DNA of 64,000 nucleotides from IMG/VR virus record IMGVR_UViG_3300027996_002186, positions 310,001 through 374,000 of that record; one strand, written 5' to 3'. Below the pieces are notes generated by a model. That model had not been told where the DNA came from, did no database searches, and worked only from the letters and a program-made list of their open reading frames with translations. Positions 19,706-29,413 of the stretch are shown here, one piece after another (the first letter of the stretch is position 1; each line of letters begins with the position of its first letter). Made by a program: the position numbers and the translations under genes.

Positions 19706-20523
19706 TGAGTATATTAATAATAGGATCGACTGGGATGTTAGGTAATACCCTTAAAAAATATTTAACAAAAATAAATATAGATTTTAAAACCTTAGATAGG
19801 AAAGATTTGGATTTATCCAAATGTGGATTCGATATTGTAAAGGAAAAAATAATACAATCAGGCTGTAATGTTGTTGTAAATTGCGCAGGTATTGTTAAGC
19901 AAAGGAAGAATACATCAACTGCTGATTTTATACATGTGAACTCATTAATACCACACTGGATTTCCGATATATGTGAGAAGCAGGATATGAAAATGATACA
20001 CATAACAACTGATTGTGTATTTGATGGTAAAATAGGTGATTACAAAGAAAGTGATGTACATAGTGTTTATGATGATTATGGTAGAAGTAAATCAATGGGT
20101 GAACCAAAAAACTGTACTGTAATAAGAACATCAATAATTGGTGAGGAGGAAGAAAATAAACTATCATTATTAGAGTGGGTTAAGTCAAATAAAGGTAATG
20201 AAATAGATGGGTATAAAAACCATCTATGGAATGGATTAACTTGTCTTCAATTATCTAAATTGATGAAATATATAATCGATAACGATTTATATTGGAATGG
20301 TGTCAAACATATATTCTCAAACCAAGTTAATAAATATGATTTGGTTAAAATGATTAATGAAATATACGAATTGGATATTAAAATACACCCAACTAATGGA
20401 TCAACATTGGTAAACAGAACACTTGATACAGTATATGATATTGATATATTTAATATACCTAATCTAGGTAAGCAAATAAAAGAAACAAAAGACTTCCATA
20501 ATAATATAAAAATGAGGAATTAA
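19705..20523 (+). CDS. rmlD: dTDP-4-dehydrorhamnose reductase
   Basis: GSTGMLG, NCAG, HITTDCVFDG, YGRSKSMGE, IRTSIIG. Confidence 0.85.
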   Translation: MSILIIGSTGMLGNTLKKYLTKINIDFKTLDRKDLDLSKCGFDIVKEKIIQSGCNVVVNCAGIVKQRKNTSTADFIHVNSLIPHWISDICEKQDMKMIHITTDCVFDGKIGDYKESDVHSVYDDYGRSKSMGEPKNCTVIRTSIIGEEEENKLSLLEWVKSNKGNEIDGYKNHLWNGLTCLQLSKLMKYIIDNDLYWNGVKHIFSNQVNKYDLVKMINEIYELDIKIHPTNGSTLVNRTLDTVYDIDIFNIPNLGKQIKETKDFHNNIKMRN

Positions 20524-20544
20524 AAAATATTACGATAACTTATT

Positions 20545-21657
20545 ATGAAAATAGCAATAGTAACAGGGTCAGCAGGACTCATAGGATCACAAACGTGTGA
20601 TTTTTTACACGAAAAGGGATATAAAATTGTTGGGGTTGATAATGATATGAGGTCATACTTTTTTGGAGAAGAAGCTTCAACTAATGATTCTCAAATATCT
20701 TTACAAGATAAATTAGAAAATTACGAACATCAATATGTAGATATTAGAAACTATGAAGAGATGGATAAAATATTTAAGAGACATGCTGATGATATTGAGA
20801 TGGTAATACACACAGCGGCTCAACCATCACATGATTGGGCTGTTAAAGAACCACTTACTGATTTTAGTGTGAATGCGACCGGTACGATGAATATGTTAGA
20901 GTTAACAAGACTGAATTGTCCAAAAGCAACATTTATATTTACATCAACCAATAAAGTATATGGGGATAGACCAAATCTATCTTATGATAATTCATCATCA
21001 GATTTAGAATATAATGGCATGATGATAAAGGAAGAGGAAACTAGATGGGAAGCTTATTTTGAAAGTAAAGAAACGGCTTTATCAGCTATTGATGAAAAAA
21101 TGTCAATTGACAATACAAAACACTCTGTATTTGGAGCTTCTAAAGTAGCAGCCGATGTTATGTGTCAAGAATATGGTAAATATTTCAATATGAATATAGG
21201 TATCTTTAGGGGTGGGTGTTTAACTGGTCCTAACCACGCTGGTGCTGAATTACACGGGTTCCTTTCTTATCTAGTAAAATGTGCTGTTCATAATAAACCA
21301 TATACAATATTTGGATATAAGGGTAAGCAAGTTAGGGATAATATACACTCTTGGGATTTGGTTAATATGTTTTGGCATTTTCACAAAGACCCAAAACAAG
21401 GAGAGGTTTATAATGTAGGTGGTGGTAGAAATAATTCAACTTCCATATTAGAAGCAATAGATAAAATAAATAAAATATCTGGGTATAATTGGGATAATTA
21501 TACTCTAAGTGATGAAAATAGAGTTGGTGATCATATGTGGTATATATCAGACTTATCTAAATTTAAGAATGATTACCCAGGATGGGATATAACAATAGAT
21601 TTGGACGAAACTTTGAAACAAATGGTTGAGTTTGAAAAAAATAAAATAGATAAATGA
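20545..21657 (+). CDS. NAD-dependent sugar epimerase (CDP-paratose 2-epimerase-like)
   Basis: TGSAGLIG, HTAAQPSHD, STNKVYGD, FGASK, GKQVRD, R.GD. Confidence 0.8.
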   Translation: MKIAIVTGSAGLIGSQTCDFLHEKGYKIVGVDNDMRSYFFGEEASTNDSQISLQDKLENYEHQYVDIRNYEEMDKIFKRHADDIEMVIHTAAQPSHDWAVKEPLTDFSVNATGTMNMLELTRLNCPKATFIFTSTNKVYGDRPNLSYDNSSSDLEYNGMMIKEEETRWEAYFESKETALSAIDEKMSIDNTKHSVFGASKVAADVMCQEYGKYFNMNIGIFRGGCLTGPNHAGAELHGFLSYLVKCAVHNKPYTIFGYKGKQVRDNIHSWDLVNMFWHFHKDPKQGEVYNVGGGRNNSTSILEAIDKINKISGYNWDNYTLSDENRVGDHMWYISDLSKFKNDYPGWDITIDLDETLKQMVEFEKNKIDK

Positions 21658-22493
21658 TAGTAGTTAAGCTTATGGGTGGAATGGGTAATCAGATGTTCCA
21701 ATACGCACTAGGACGGAGTTTATCAATTAAATATAACACACAATTAAAGATAGATTTATCCTTTCTTAAAAATAAGAATATGGGTACTAACTTCACTTAT
21801 AGAGATTATGATTTGAATATTTTCAATATGAGTGAGGATTTTGAAATTGGTTCGGTTAATCTACTAGGTGTTAATGAGCCAAATTTTTCATATTCACAAC
21901 CACTAATAGATATGATTAAGTCTAAAATGGATGAGGATGTAAATAACTCTTTTTTGTTAAATGGTTATTGGCAAACCCCAAAATATTTTCAAGATATAGA
22001 AGATCAAATAAGAACCGATTTTACATTTAGAGATAAGGTTGAAGAAGCAGATGAAAGCATTAAGGAAATGTTAAATCAGATAAAATCAACAAACTCGGTT
22101 TTATTGAATGTGCGTAGGACTGATTATCTAAACACAGATTACCATGGGGTTATGGGTGATGAATATTTAAAAAAAGGTGTTGAGTTAATTGAATCGAAAA
22201 TAGAAAACCCTCATTATTTTTTATTCTCAGATGATGTTGAGTGGTGTAAAGATAATATAAAATTTGATAATATGACTATTGTTGATCATTCTTATAAGGG
22301 TGATAGATTTAGTTATTATTTACAACTGATGAAGAATTGTAAACATTTTATCATACCAAATAGCTCATTTGCTTGGTGGGCAGCTTGGTTAAATGAGGAT
22401 AGTGATAAAATAGTAATAGCACCTGAGAAATGGTTTACTGATAGTAATATAAATACAAGCGATTTGATACCAGATAACTGGATAAGAATATAA
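21654..22493 (+). CDS. GT11 alpha-1,2-fucosyltransferase family
   Basis: GGMGNQMFQYA, GYWQ, NVRRTDY, FSDD, IPNSSFAWWAAWL. Confidence 0.9.
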   Translation: MIVVKLMGGMGNQMFQYALGRSLSIKYNTQLKIDLSFLKNKNMGTNFTYRDYDLNIFNMSEDFEIGSVNLLGVNEPNFSYSQPLIDMIKSKMDEDVNNSFLLNGYWQTPKYFQDIEDQIRTDFTFRDKVEEADESIKEMLNQIKSTNSVLLNVRRTDYLNTDYHGVMGDEYLKKGVELIESKIENPHYFLFSDDVEWCKDNIKFDNMTIVDHSYKGDRFSYYLQLMKNCKHFIIPNSSFAWWAAWLNEDSDKIVIAPEKWFTDSNINTSDLIPDNWIRI

Positions 22494-22502
22494 TAAAAAA
22501 GA

Positions 22503-23348
22503 ATGGATTTAGGAGTAATAGGACAAGGATTTGTCGGAGGGGCTGTTAATGAGGGTATGAAAAACTTCTTTAATATGGTCACATTTGATTTAAATGGTAA
22601 TTGTACAGAACCATCATTATTCTCTTTGATAGAGAAGGTTGATGAGACATTTTTGTGTTTACCAACACCGATGAGAAAAACAGGTGAATGTGATTTATCG
22701 ATTGTTAGAAATTGTTTAAATGATGTATCAAGTATTGTAAAGTCATTGGGTAAAAAAGATTTCATTGTGGTAATAAAATCAACGATACCACCAGGAACAA
22801 CTGAGATGTTAAATAATGAATATGATAATATCAACATTGTTTTTAACCCAGAGTTTCTAACAGAAGCTAATGCTATTGAAGATTATAAAACCCAAAATAG
22901 AATTATAATTGGTGGTGATAGACCATATTCATCAAGAATAAAACAGGTTTTTGAAAAAGCTTTCCCGAAAGTTCCGATAATTAAAACATCATCAACAATT
23001 GCGGAAATGATTAAGTATGTTACTAATACATTTTTATCAACTAAAGTATCTTTTGCTAATGAGATGTATCAGATATGTGAAGGATTAGATATTGATTTTG
23101 ATAAAGTTATAGAATATACTAAATATGATGATAGATTGGGTAATACACATTGGTCTGTACCAGGACCAGATGGTGATTTTGGATATGGTGGACATTGTTT
23201 CCCAAAAGATATATCAGCACTTAAATATGTTTCTGATGAGATGGGTGTAAACACAACTATGTTATCAGCAACCATAGAAAAGAACAAAGAAGTTCGTAGT
23301 GATAAAGATTGGGAAAAACAAAAAGGAAGAGCAGTATCAGATGAGTAA
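22503..23348 (+). CDS. ugd: UDP-glucose/GDP-mannose dehydrogenase family (short form)
   Basis: GQGFVG, CLPTP, IKSTIPPG, FNPEFL, KVSFANE, GYGGHCFPKD. Confidence 0.8.
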   Translation: MDLGVIGQGFVGGAVNEGMKNFFNMVTFDLNGNCTEPSLFSLIEKVDETFLCLPTPMRKTGECDLSIVRNCLNDVSSIVKSLGKKDFIVVIKSTIPPGTTEMLNNEYDNINIVFNPEFLTEANAIEDYKTQNRIIIGGDRPYSSRIKQVFEKAFPKVPIIKTSSTIAEMIKYVTNTFLSTKVSFANEMYQICEGLDIDFDKVIEYTKYDDRLGNTHWSVPGPDGDFGYGGHCFPKDISALKYVSDEMGVNTTMLSATIEKNKEVRSDKDWEKQKGRAVSDE

Positions 23349-24198
23349 AGTATTAGTAACCGGTGGTTTAGGATTTGTAGGATCTAATTTGGTTGATAAG
23401 TTAGTTGAACAAGGTAATGAAGTAGATGTTATAGATAATTTATCATCTATATCATCATCAAAAGAATATTGTAATCCATTAGCTAATTATTACTATGAAG
23501 ATATTAACAATATAGATATTCTGAATAAACAATATGATAAGATATTTCACTTAGCGGCAGAAGCTAGAATACAACCTTCTTTCGAAGAACCAGTTAAATG
23601 GTTTGAATCAAATGCTTTAGGTACAATTAAAGTTATGGAGTTCGCTAGAAAAAATAATTGTGGGATAGTTGTTTACTCAACCACATCATCAAAAAATCAT
23701 GGTTCTGATTATATAAGTCCTTATACATATTCAAAAGTAGTTGGAGAAGGAGTACTCAAAACTTATTCAGAGTGTTATGATATAAATTGTGCGATGGCTA
23801 CTTTTTATAATGTTTATGGTTATAGGGAACCAGAAATGGGTGAATGGGCTACAGTTGTTGCTAAATTTTTAAGACAATATAAAGATAGCGAATTAATAAC
23901 GGTTGTTGGTGATGGTCAACAGAGTAGGGATTTTACACACGTTGATGATATATGTGATGGGTTGATATCAATTAGTGATGGTGAGTGGAAGGCTGATAAC
24001 TTTGATTTGGGTCGTGGAGAACCAATTAAAATACTTGATTTAGCTATGATGGTTTATGAGGGAGAGGAAGATAATATAAATCATATTCCTTTAAGAAAAA
24101 ATGAAGGACAACATACAGAATCTAATTGGAAAGAAACTTATGAAAAATTAGGATGGAGAGCTAAAAATAATTTAGCAAATTATATAAAAGAAAAATAA
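23341..24198 (+). CDS. NAD-dependent epimerase/dehydratase
   Basis: TGGLGFVG (likely start 23341), HLAA, YxxxK, NVYG, RDFTHV. Confidence 0.85.
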   Translation: MSKVLVTGGLGFVGSNLVDKLVEQGNEVDVIDNLSSISSSKEYCNPLANYYYEDINNIDILNKQYDKIFHLAAEARIQPSFEEPVKWFESNALGTIKVMEFARKNNCGIVVYSTTSSKNHGSDYISPYTYSKVVGEGVLKTYSECYDINCAMATFYNVYGYREPEMGEWATVVAKFLRQYKDSELITVVGDGQQSRDFTHVDDICDGLISISDGEWKADNFDLGRGEPIKILDLAMMVYEGEEDNINHIPLRKNEGQHTESNWKETYEKLGWRAKNNLANYIKEK

Positions 24199-24200
24199 TT

Positions 24201-24770
24201 ATGGCACACAAAGAACAAGATGATTACATCAATAGAATAAAGAATAAATTTCCGAATTTTTTCAAAAATAAAAAAGTATTAGGTATAGGAACATTTAATG
24301 TTTGTGGTACAGAAAATGAATACTTCAATGATTGTGATTACCAGGGGTTAGACCTTGGTCCGGGAGAGGGAGTTGATATAATTTGCCCGGCACAAGATTA
24401 TGACGCACCAGATGGAACATTTGATGTTATTATTTCTTGTGAATGTTGGGAACATAATCCTTATTACAAGGAAAGCATACAAAATGCAACTAGAATGTTA
24501 AAAAGTGGTGGGTTTTTTATATTCACTTGTGCTACTACCGGAAGACCAGTACATGGTGTTAAATATTTAGAAGAAGAATGTAAACTACAATATGATGATT
24601 GGAAAACAATGCCAAATGTGTCTAGGGATAATTGGGATAATGATTATTATAAAAATTTAACCGAAGGTGATATAAGAGAATGTGTTAATATAGATGATAC
24701 ATTTTCTTCTTATGAATTTGAAGTGGAAGAAAATCACTGTGATTTATTCTTCTGGGGTATAAAAAAATAA
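24201..24770 (+). CDS. Class I SAM methyltransferase (type 11-like)
   Basis: GLDLGPG.GVD, FDVIISCECWEH, MLKSGG. Confidence 0.7.
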   Translation: MAHKEQDDYINRIKNKFPNFFKNKKVLGIGTFNVCGTENEYFNDCDYQGLDLGPGEGVDIICPAQDYDAPDGTFDVIISCECWEHNPYYKESIQNATRMLKSGGFFIFTCATTGRPVHGVKYLEEECKLQYDDWKTMPNVSRDNWDNDYYKNLTEGDIRECVNIDDTFSSYEFEVEENHCDLFFWGIKK

Positions 24771-24777
24771 TAAGAAG

Positions 24778-25572
24778 ATGATAGTTAAAGAAGATGATAT
24801 AGTATTTGTTACTAATTCACTTTATACAAAGTGGATGGATTACCAATCAAAAATAATTAAAAGGCTTTTTCCAAATAGCGATCATATAATTGTTGATGGA
24901 TCAACACCAGAATTCAAGGCAAATTGGCCAAATTCTTGGTTTTATCATTTAGATGAAATAAAAAAATCAGATAAAAAATACTATATTCATATTGATGAAG
25001 ATTTCTTTTTAACTTCTAAAGAAGAGTTATTAAAAGCTGTCCAAAAAATGGAAGATGAAAATATAGACTTATTGGGGTGTCCGGATGGATATCAACACTT
25101 CAGAGGAGCAAATCCAGTTGCTATAAACACATTTTTTATGATTGGTAGAGTAGAAGATGTTAAGAGGTTGGATGTTGATTTAAAGTCAGCTAAATATTCT
25201 ATTGTTGTTTCTGAGGGCAATATCTATCATTGGTCTAATAACTTTGGGATAAAATTCGAAGAAATATTTAAAGATGATTTCAATTATAGGTGGGAAGATC
25301 AAGGTGGATCCAATTTCAAATATGACCATGAACCGTATTATACTTTCCTTTGGTCAATGAAAGAAATGGGTTGTAAGTTTGATTATTTATATCCATTTTT
25401 TGATGATAGATTTAAATCAACCAATCCTAGATTAGAAAAAGATTCAGATGATATTGGTATACATATGTGGTATACAAGAAATTGTGATAGTAATATGGAT
25501 GTCTGGGGATTACCAAATGTAGAGAGGTATAATTTGGTTGAAAAATATATTAATGAATTATATGAAATCTAA
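24778..25572 (+). CDS. Hypothetical GT-like protein ending the glycan island
   Basis: YIHIDEDFF (DxD-like); context. Confidence 0.45.
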   Translation: MIVKEDDIVFVTNSLYTKWMDYQSKIIKRLFPNSDHIIVDGSTPEFKANWPNSWFYHLDEIKKSDKKYYIHIDEDFFLTSKEELLKAVQKMEDENIDLLGCPDGYQHFRGANPVAINTFFMIGRVEDVKRLDVDLKSAKYSIVVSEGNIYHWSNNFGIKFEEIFKDDFNYRWEDQGGSNFKYDHEPYYTFLWSMKEMGCKFDYLYPFFDDRFKSTNPRLEKDSDDIGIHMWYTRNCDSNMDVWGLPNVERYNLVEKYINELYEI

Positions 25573-25759
25573 AATTAATAGTACTGAGATACAAGATATA
25601 GGTTCTGCTTATGGTATGGATGTAGAAGATGAATTAACTTCGATGTTATCGGAAGAGATAGCTAAATCAATTGATAGAGAAATATTTAAAAGTATGGGTA
25701 TAGAACTAGATAGATTTAAACGAAGAAAAACATCAATTAATAAGATATTTTCCTCTTAA
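25562..25759 (+). CDS. Mini-protein consisting of a major-capsid (gp23-like) helix fragment plus C-terminal tag
   Basis: QDIGSAYGMDVEDELTSMLSEEIAKSIDREI matches T4 gp23 QDLRAVHGMDADAELSGILATEIMLEINREV (recalled); ends RKTSINKIF. Confidence 0.65.
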   Translation: MKSKINSTEIQDIGSAYGMDVEDELTSMLSEEIAKSIDREIFKSMGIELDRFKRRKTSINKIFSS

Positions 25760-25786
25760 ATATTAGATATATAGATATAAATTCCG

Positions 25787-25794
25787 TATATTTG
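25787..25794 (+). promoter_or_regulatory. Bacteroidota -7 box upstream of the HD gene
   Basis: TATATTTG ends 5 nt upstream of the ATG at 25799. Confidence 0.55.
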
Positions 25795-25798
25795 TTAT

Positions 25799-26410
25799 AT
25801 GAACAACAACAAAAACATATCACCATTCACAGACTTCGTTTCTTTAGTCAAAAGAGCTAGAATCTTTGCTACTGAAGCTCATAAAGGAGTTTACCGTAAA
25901 GGTAAAGATGAGAATGGAGAAAAGTTAGAGTATATCACTCATCCTATTGCTGTTGGGAAAATTATACACACTCATAAGAAATCTCATAGGATTGCTGTCT
26001 TAGTAGCAGTAGCCATGTTGCATGATACGGTAGAAGACTGTGAGTGGGTTACTATCGAAGTTATCCGACAAGAGTTTGGTGACTTAATCGCTTCTTTAGT
26101 TGAAGAATTAACTTCTGACCCTAAAGGTCTTGAGCAATTTGGTAAAGAGCAATACTTAATTAACAAAATGACTTTTATGTCAACTTGGGGATTATGTATC
26201 AAATTAGCTGACAGAATTCATAACTTATCTGATGTTCAATCTAAGATTGATAGTGGTAAGAACTCTGATATCAAATGGGCTATCAAATACTCTACACAAA
26301 CTAAAAACATCGTAGCGGCTTTAGAGTCTAAAAGAACGTTAACAAATACTCACAAGGTTTTAGTTGAAGTTATTAAAGAGAAAATCGCACCGGCTTTAGA
26401 ACTAGTCTAA
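25799..26410 (+). CDS. HD-domain (p)ppGpp hydrolase, small alarmone hydrolase (SpoT/Mesh1-like)
   Basis: AH..RK, YITHP, LHDTVED, IKLADRIHNL. Confidence 0.8.
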   Translation: MNNNKNISPFTDFVSLVKRARIFATEAHKGVYRKGKDENGEKLEYITHPIAVGKIIHTHKKSHRIAVLVAVAMLHDTVEDCEWVTIEVIRQEFGDLIASLVEELTSDPKGLEQFGKEQYLINKMTFMSTWGLCIKLADRIHNLSDVQSKIDSGKNSDIKWAIKYSTQTKNIVAALESKRTLTNTHKVLVEVIKEKIAPALELV

Positions 26411-26415
26411 TCAAC

Positions 26416-27015
26416 TTAAATCTTTTGTACAATAGTTGGTAATGTACCAAGTTCAAGAAGTTTACTTTTATTAAGTAAGAACTCAATATCATAAAAGTTA
26501 TAGTTAAAGGTCATTGTAAACTCTTTAGCACTAACTTTTTGTTGTGAGTAATTGAAATCATTATCTGATAAAGACTTTAATACAATCTCATAGAATTTTA
26601 TAACATAAATAGCATCTCTGTGTATATCAAGAGCTGTTATAGTAAATGGGTTTAACCAAGAATTCTCAGTATCTAAATAATGCTTGCTAATAATATCAAA
26701 CATTAACCAATAATTCAAATCAGAATCAACTGATCTAAAAGTTACTTGTAATTCACTTGTAGTTATTATATCTTGTATATTTTTAGCAGGTTTGAAACTT
26801 CTTTCCTTACCTCTCATAGTAATTTGTTTTGGCATATCAAAAGATATACCAGGAAAGTTAACACTCTTCATAGTAGAATTAATATAATCAATAACATTAT
26901 CATACTGTATCCAATTCTTTTCTAGAATTGGTTGGTAAGTTTCAATTATCTCAGCAGGCAAAACATCACCTGGTAGATTGAATATAAACTGACTGGACTG
27001 ACTACTTAATCTCAT
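26416..27015 (-). CDS. Tail-tube-fold structural protein (T4 gp3/gp19/gp54-like)
   Basis: SVNFPGI..ELQVTF..D..LNYW..FTMTFNY pattern; late-promoter operon. Confidence 0.45.
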   Translation of the reverse strand: MRLSSQSSQFIFNLPGDVLPAEIIETYQPILEKNWIQYDNVIDYINSTMKSVNFPGISFDMPKQITMRGKERSFKPAKNIQDIITTSELQVTFRSVDSDLNYWLMFDIISKHYLDTENSWLNPFTITALDIHRDAIYVIKFYEIVLKSLSDNDFNYSQQKVSAKEFTMTFNYNFYDIEFLLNKSKLLELGTLPTIVQKI

Positions 27016-28950
27016 TTAATTTGTTTCATCTGTTTTATTTTCACCAGTTGGTTCCTGAGACACACCTGTTGGAATTGGAGCCGGAGGGACAGGAACTCCT
27101 TGTTTTTTAGTAACGGTCGCTGTTTCTTGTGCTAAACTTGTATCTGGTATAATAGAAGGGTTTGAATTTTGTTTATCCGATGCATCATTAAGATCATTAA
27201 CATTACCCTTATCATCATAAATCTTAAATAATCCGGTGTAAATAACAGATGTTGTTGATTTATTCGAGCCGATTATATAAAACACATTAATTCCTGATGT
27301 GTATATTCTTTTTATCTCAGCAAATTTATTTTGAGTAATTTTGAATGATACTTGACCAATATCTAGGTTAATATCACCACTCTCTACAAATAAAGGAAAT
27401 GCTATTTGATTTTTATCATTTCTAATAGTTAATTTAATTTCATTAAATCCAGTTAAATTAAAATATTCTGGCTGTTCATTTGTACCAGTAGCTATTGAAA
27501 ATTTAACAATATTATCATATGGATAAAGTAATATTTGAATTTTACCTAACCCAAAGAAATTCGTACTATCAAAAGTTGCATTTTCGGATTTACCAATAAT
27601 ATTAAATCTATCTATAAGAACTGGGAAAGGAATATTAACAGTTTCAACAATTACATTACCATTTCCGTTTCGACCATTTCCGGCTCCACCACCATTCCCA
27701 CTTAATAATCCACCAGCAGTAGCAGGACCTGGTGTTTGTGGTGTGTTTATTTTATTATCAACTGTTATAACACCCATTGAATTAGCAACACCCACTAATG
27801 ATGGGTCAATAGCATTCTTTATGTTATATATTTTTGGTTTATACGCATTCTTTAGATTGATTTTCATCAATTTTAATGAATATTTGGAAACTTCATCTTG
27901 TAACATACCATAACTAGCTCTTCTTATTATATAAGATTCATCAACAGCATCAATCAACCTCATCTCAACATCAATGATAGCTGTTGTTGTTGAATATTTA
28001 ATTATAGGTCTATACTCTATTGTCTCATTAAAAGAATCTGTTATAGTAACTGTTATAGTTTTACCTCTTATATTTTGCTCATACATCGTGATATTATATT
28101 GTACATAATATCTATGACCTTGTGAAACGGAGTCGTCTAGAAACTTCTTAAACCCACCTAGTGTGTCATTATAAGTTCCATATATCTCAAAGAAATCACC
28201 ATTTTCAGAATTTTCGATAACTAATCCCATTTTTTCAAATTCAGGAGATTGAGTTATAGTAGTAGTTATTTTAGGATCAGTTAAATAGGTAGTGACTCCA
28301 TTTATAGTTTGTATATTATTAACAAAGTGAAAATCAATGAATATCGGACTGGTTAAACTTAAACCAGAACCATTTGTCAAATTAGCATTTATACTATTTA
28401 CTTTTGGTCTATTATCTTCCAATTGAGTAGAAATTTCACTAAGAGCTGGTATCTCAATTTTAATATTCTTACCCCATAACTTCTCTTGAAAAAGAAGTGG
28501 TGGTGATGTAAAATTCATTAGATATTGCTGACTAACATCAGTCATATCAAAATAAAAGTTAGATAAATCGTAAGTTTTTTGATTTAATGAATCATAAGAA
28601 TAAACTTTTATGTAAAATCCTAAATATTCACCGAATGTCCAGTTTATTGGTAAATGAAATTTAAGAATATCATGTCTTATGGGAGGCCCAGCAGAATAAT
28701 TTTTTGTTTGTAAAAAATTATAATAGTCAGGGTTGACCTTGCCATATCTACCAGATACAGCATCAATTCTAAATAGTTGGTTTCCTTGTGTATTTCCTGT
28801 ACCACTTGTTTCAGTGGCCATGTATGATTGTATCTTCTCCTTTGAGTTTATAAGTATATCATATGCTTCACCTATTAAGTTACCATCATTATATACATAC
28901 TCTAAAAGAATATTTTTATCAAGCTTTACGAACTTCGATATCTTAGACAT
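27016..28950 (-). CDS. Large beta-rich putative virion structural protein
   Basis: 644-aa ORF with G/P-rich linkers; TATATATA at 28973-28980; no recognised motif. Confidence 0.5.
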   Translation of the reverse strand: MSKISKFVKLDKNILLEYVYNDGNLIGEAYDILINSKEKIQSYMATETSGTGNTQGNQLFRIDAVSGRYGKVNPDYYNFLQTKNYSAGPPIRHDILKFHLPINWTFGEYLGFYIKVYSYDSLNQKTYDLSNFYFDMTDVSQQYLMNFTSPPLLFQEKLWGKNIKIEIPALSEISTQLEDNRPKVNSINANLTNGSGLSLTSPIFIDFHFVNNIQTINGVTTYLTDPKITTTITQSPEFEKMGLVIENSENGDFFEIYGTYNDTLGGFKKFLDDSVSQGHRYYVQYNITMYEQNIRGKTITVTITDSFNETIEYRPIIKYSTTTAIIDVEMRLIDAVDESYIIRRASYGMLQDEVSKYSLKLMKINLKNAYKPKIYNIKNAIDPSLVGVANSMGVITVDNKINTPQTPGPATAGGLLSGNGGGAGNGRNGNGNVIVETVNIPFPVLIDRFNIIGKSENATFDSTNFFGLGKIQILLYPYDNIVKFSIATGTNEQPEYFNLTGFNEIKLTIRNDKNQIAFPLFVESGDINLDIGQVSFKITQNKFAEIKRIYTSGINVFYIIGSNKSTTSVIYTGLFKIYDDKGNVNDLNDASDKQNSNPSIIPDTSLAQETATVTKKQGVPVPPAPIPTGVSQEPTGENKTDETN

Positions 28951-28986
28951 TTAGTAATAAAAGATTTTGATTTATATATAAAAAAC

Positions 28987-29012
28987 AAAAACCTTTCTAT
29001 TATGAAAGGTTT
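28987..29012 (-). terminator. Intrinsic terminator
   Basis: AAAACCTTTC / GAAAGGTTTT. Confidence 0.6.
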
Positions 29013-29413
29013 TCTTTTATTAGTCTTTGTTTAACCGATTCTGCTATTTCATCATCTGTTAAATTATAATGTTTTTGTTTTATTAGTCTATAAAGTTCTT
29101 GTTCTTCTAATGCTAGTTTTTCGATTTCTTTATTCAAAGGATCAACTAGATTTTCTAATCTTTGACCCTCAATATCAACGTCTTCTAAAATTTTAAGCAT
29201 TTTACTTAAAGCTTTTTCTCCTGAAAATCCAGATTTTTTAGTATTTCGAGATTCCTCCGCTTCCTTTTGGATATCACCAACTTTAACCATAGTCTCCTCT
29301 AACCTTTCAACAACACTCTCCGCAGCTTTTCTATAAAAGTCCATATTATTAGACATTTTTAAATATGTTCTTCTTATATGAATTGCGCTTTGTAAAAAAT
29401 TCTCATCTATCAT
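29000..29413 (-). CDS. Coiled-coil hypothetical protein
   Basis: 137-aa helical ORF. Confidence 0.55.
   Translation of the reverse strand: MIDENFLQSAIHIRRTYLKMSNNMDFYRKAAESVVERLEETMVKVGDIQKEAEESRNTKKSGFSGEKALSKMLKILEDVDIEGQRLENLVDPLNKEIEKLALEEQELYRLIKQKHYNLTDDEIAESVKQRLIKENLS

Noticed and set aside
7533-25572. Host O-antigen or capsule locus (assembly chimera)
   Set aside because: It has no wzx, wzy or wzz genes, has the same compact phage-style gene packing, and runs directly into a capsid-fragment mini-gene.
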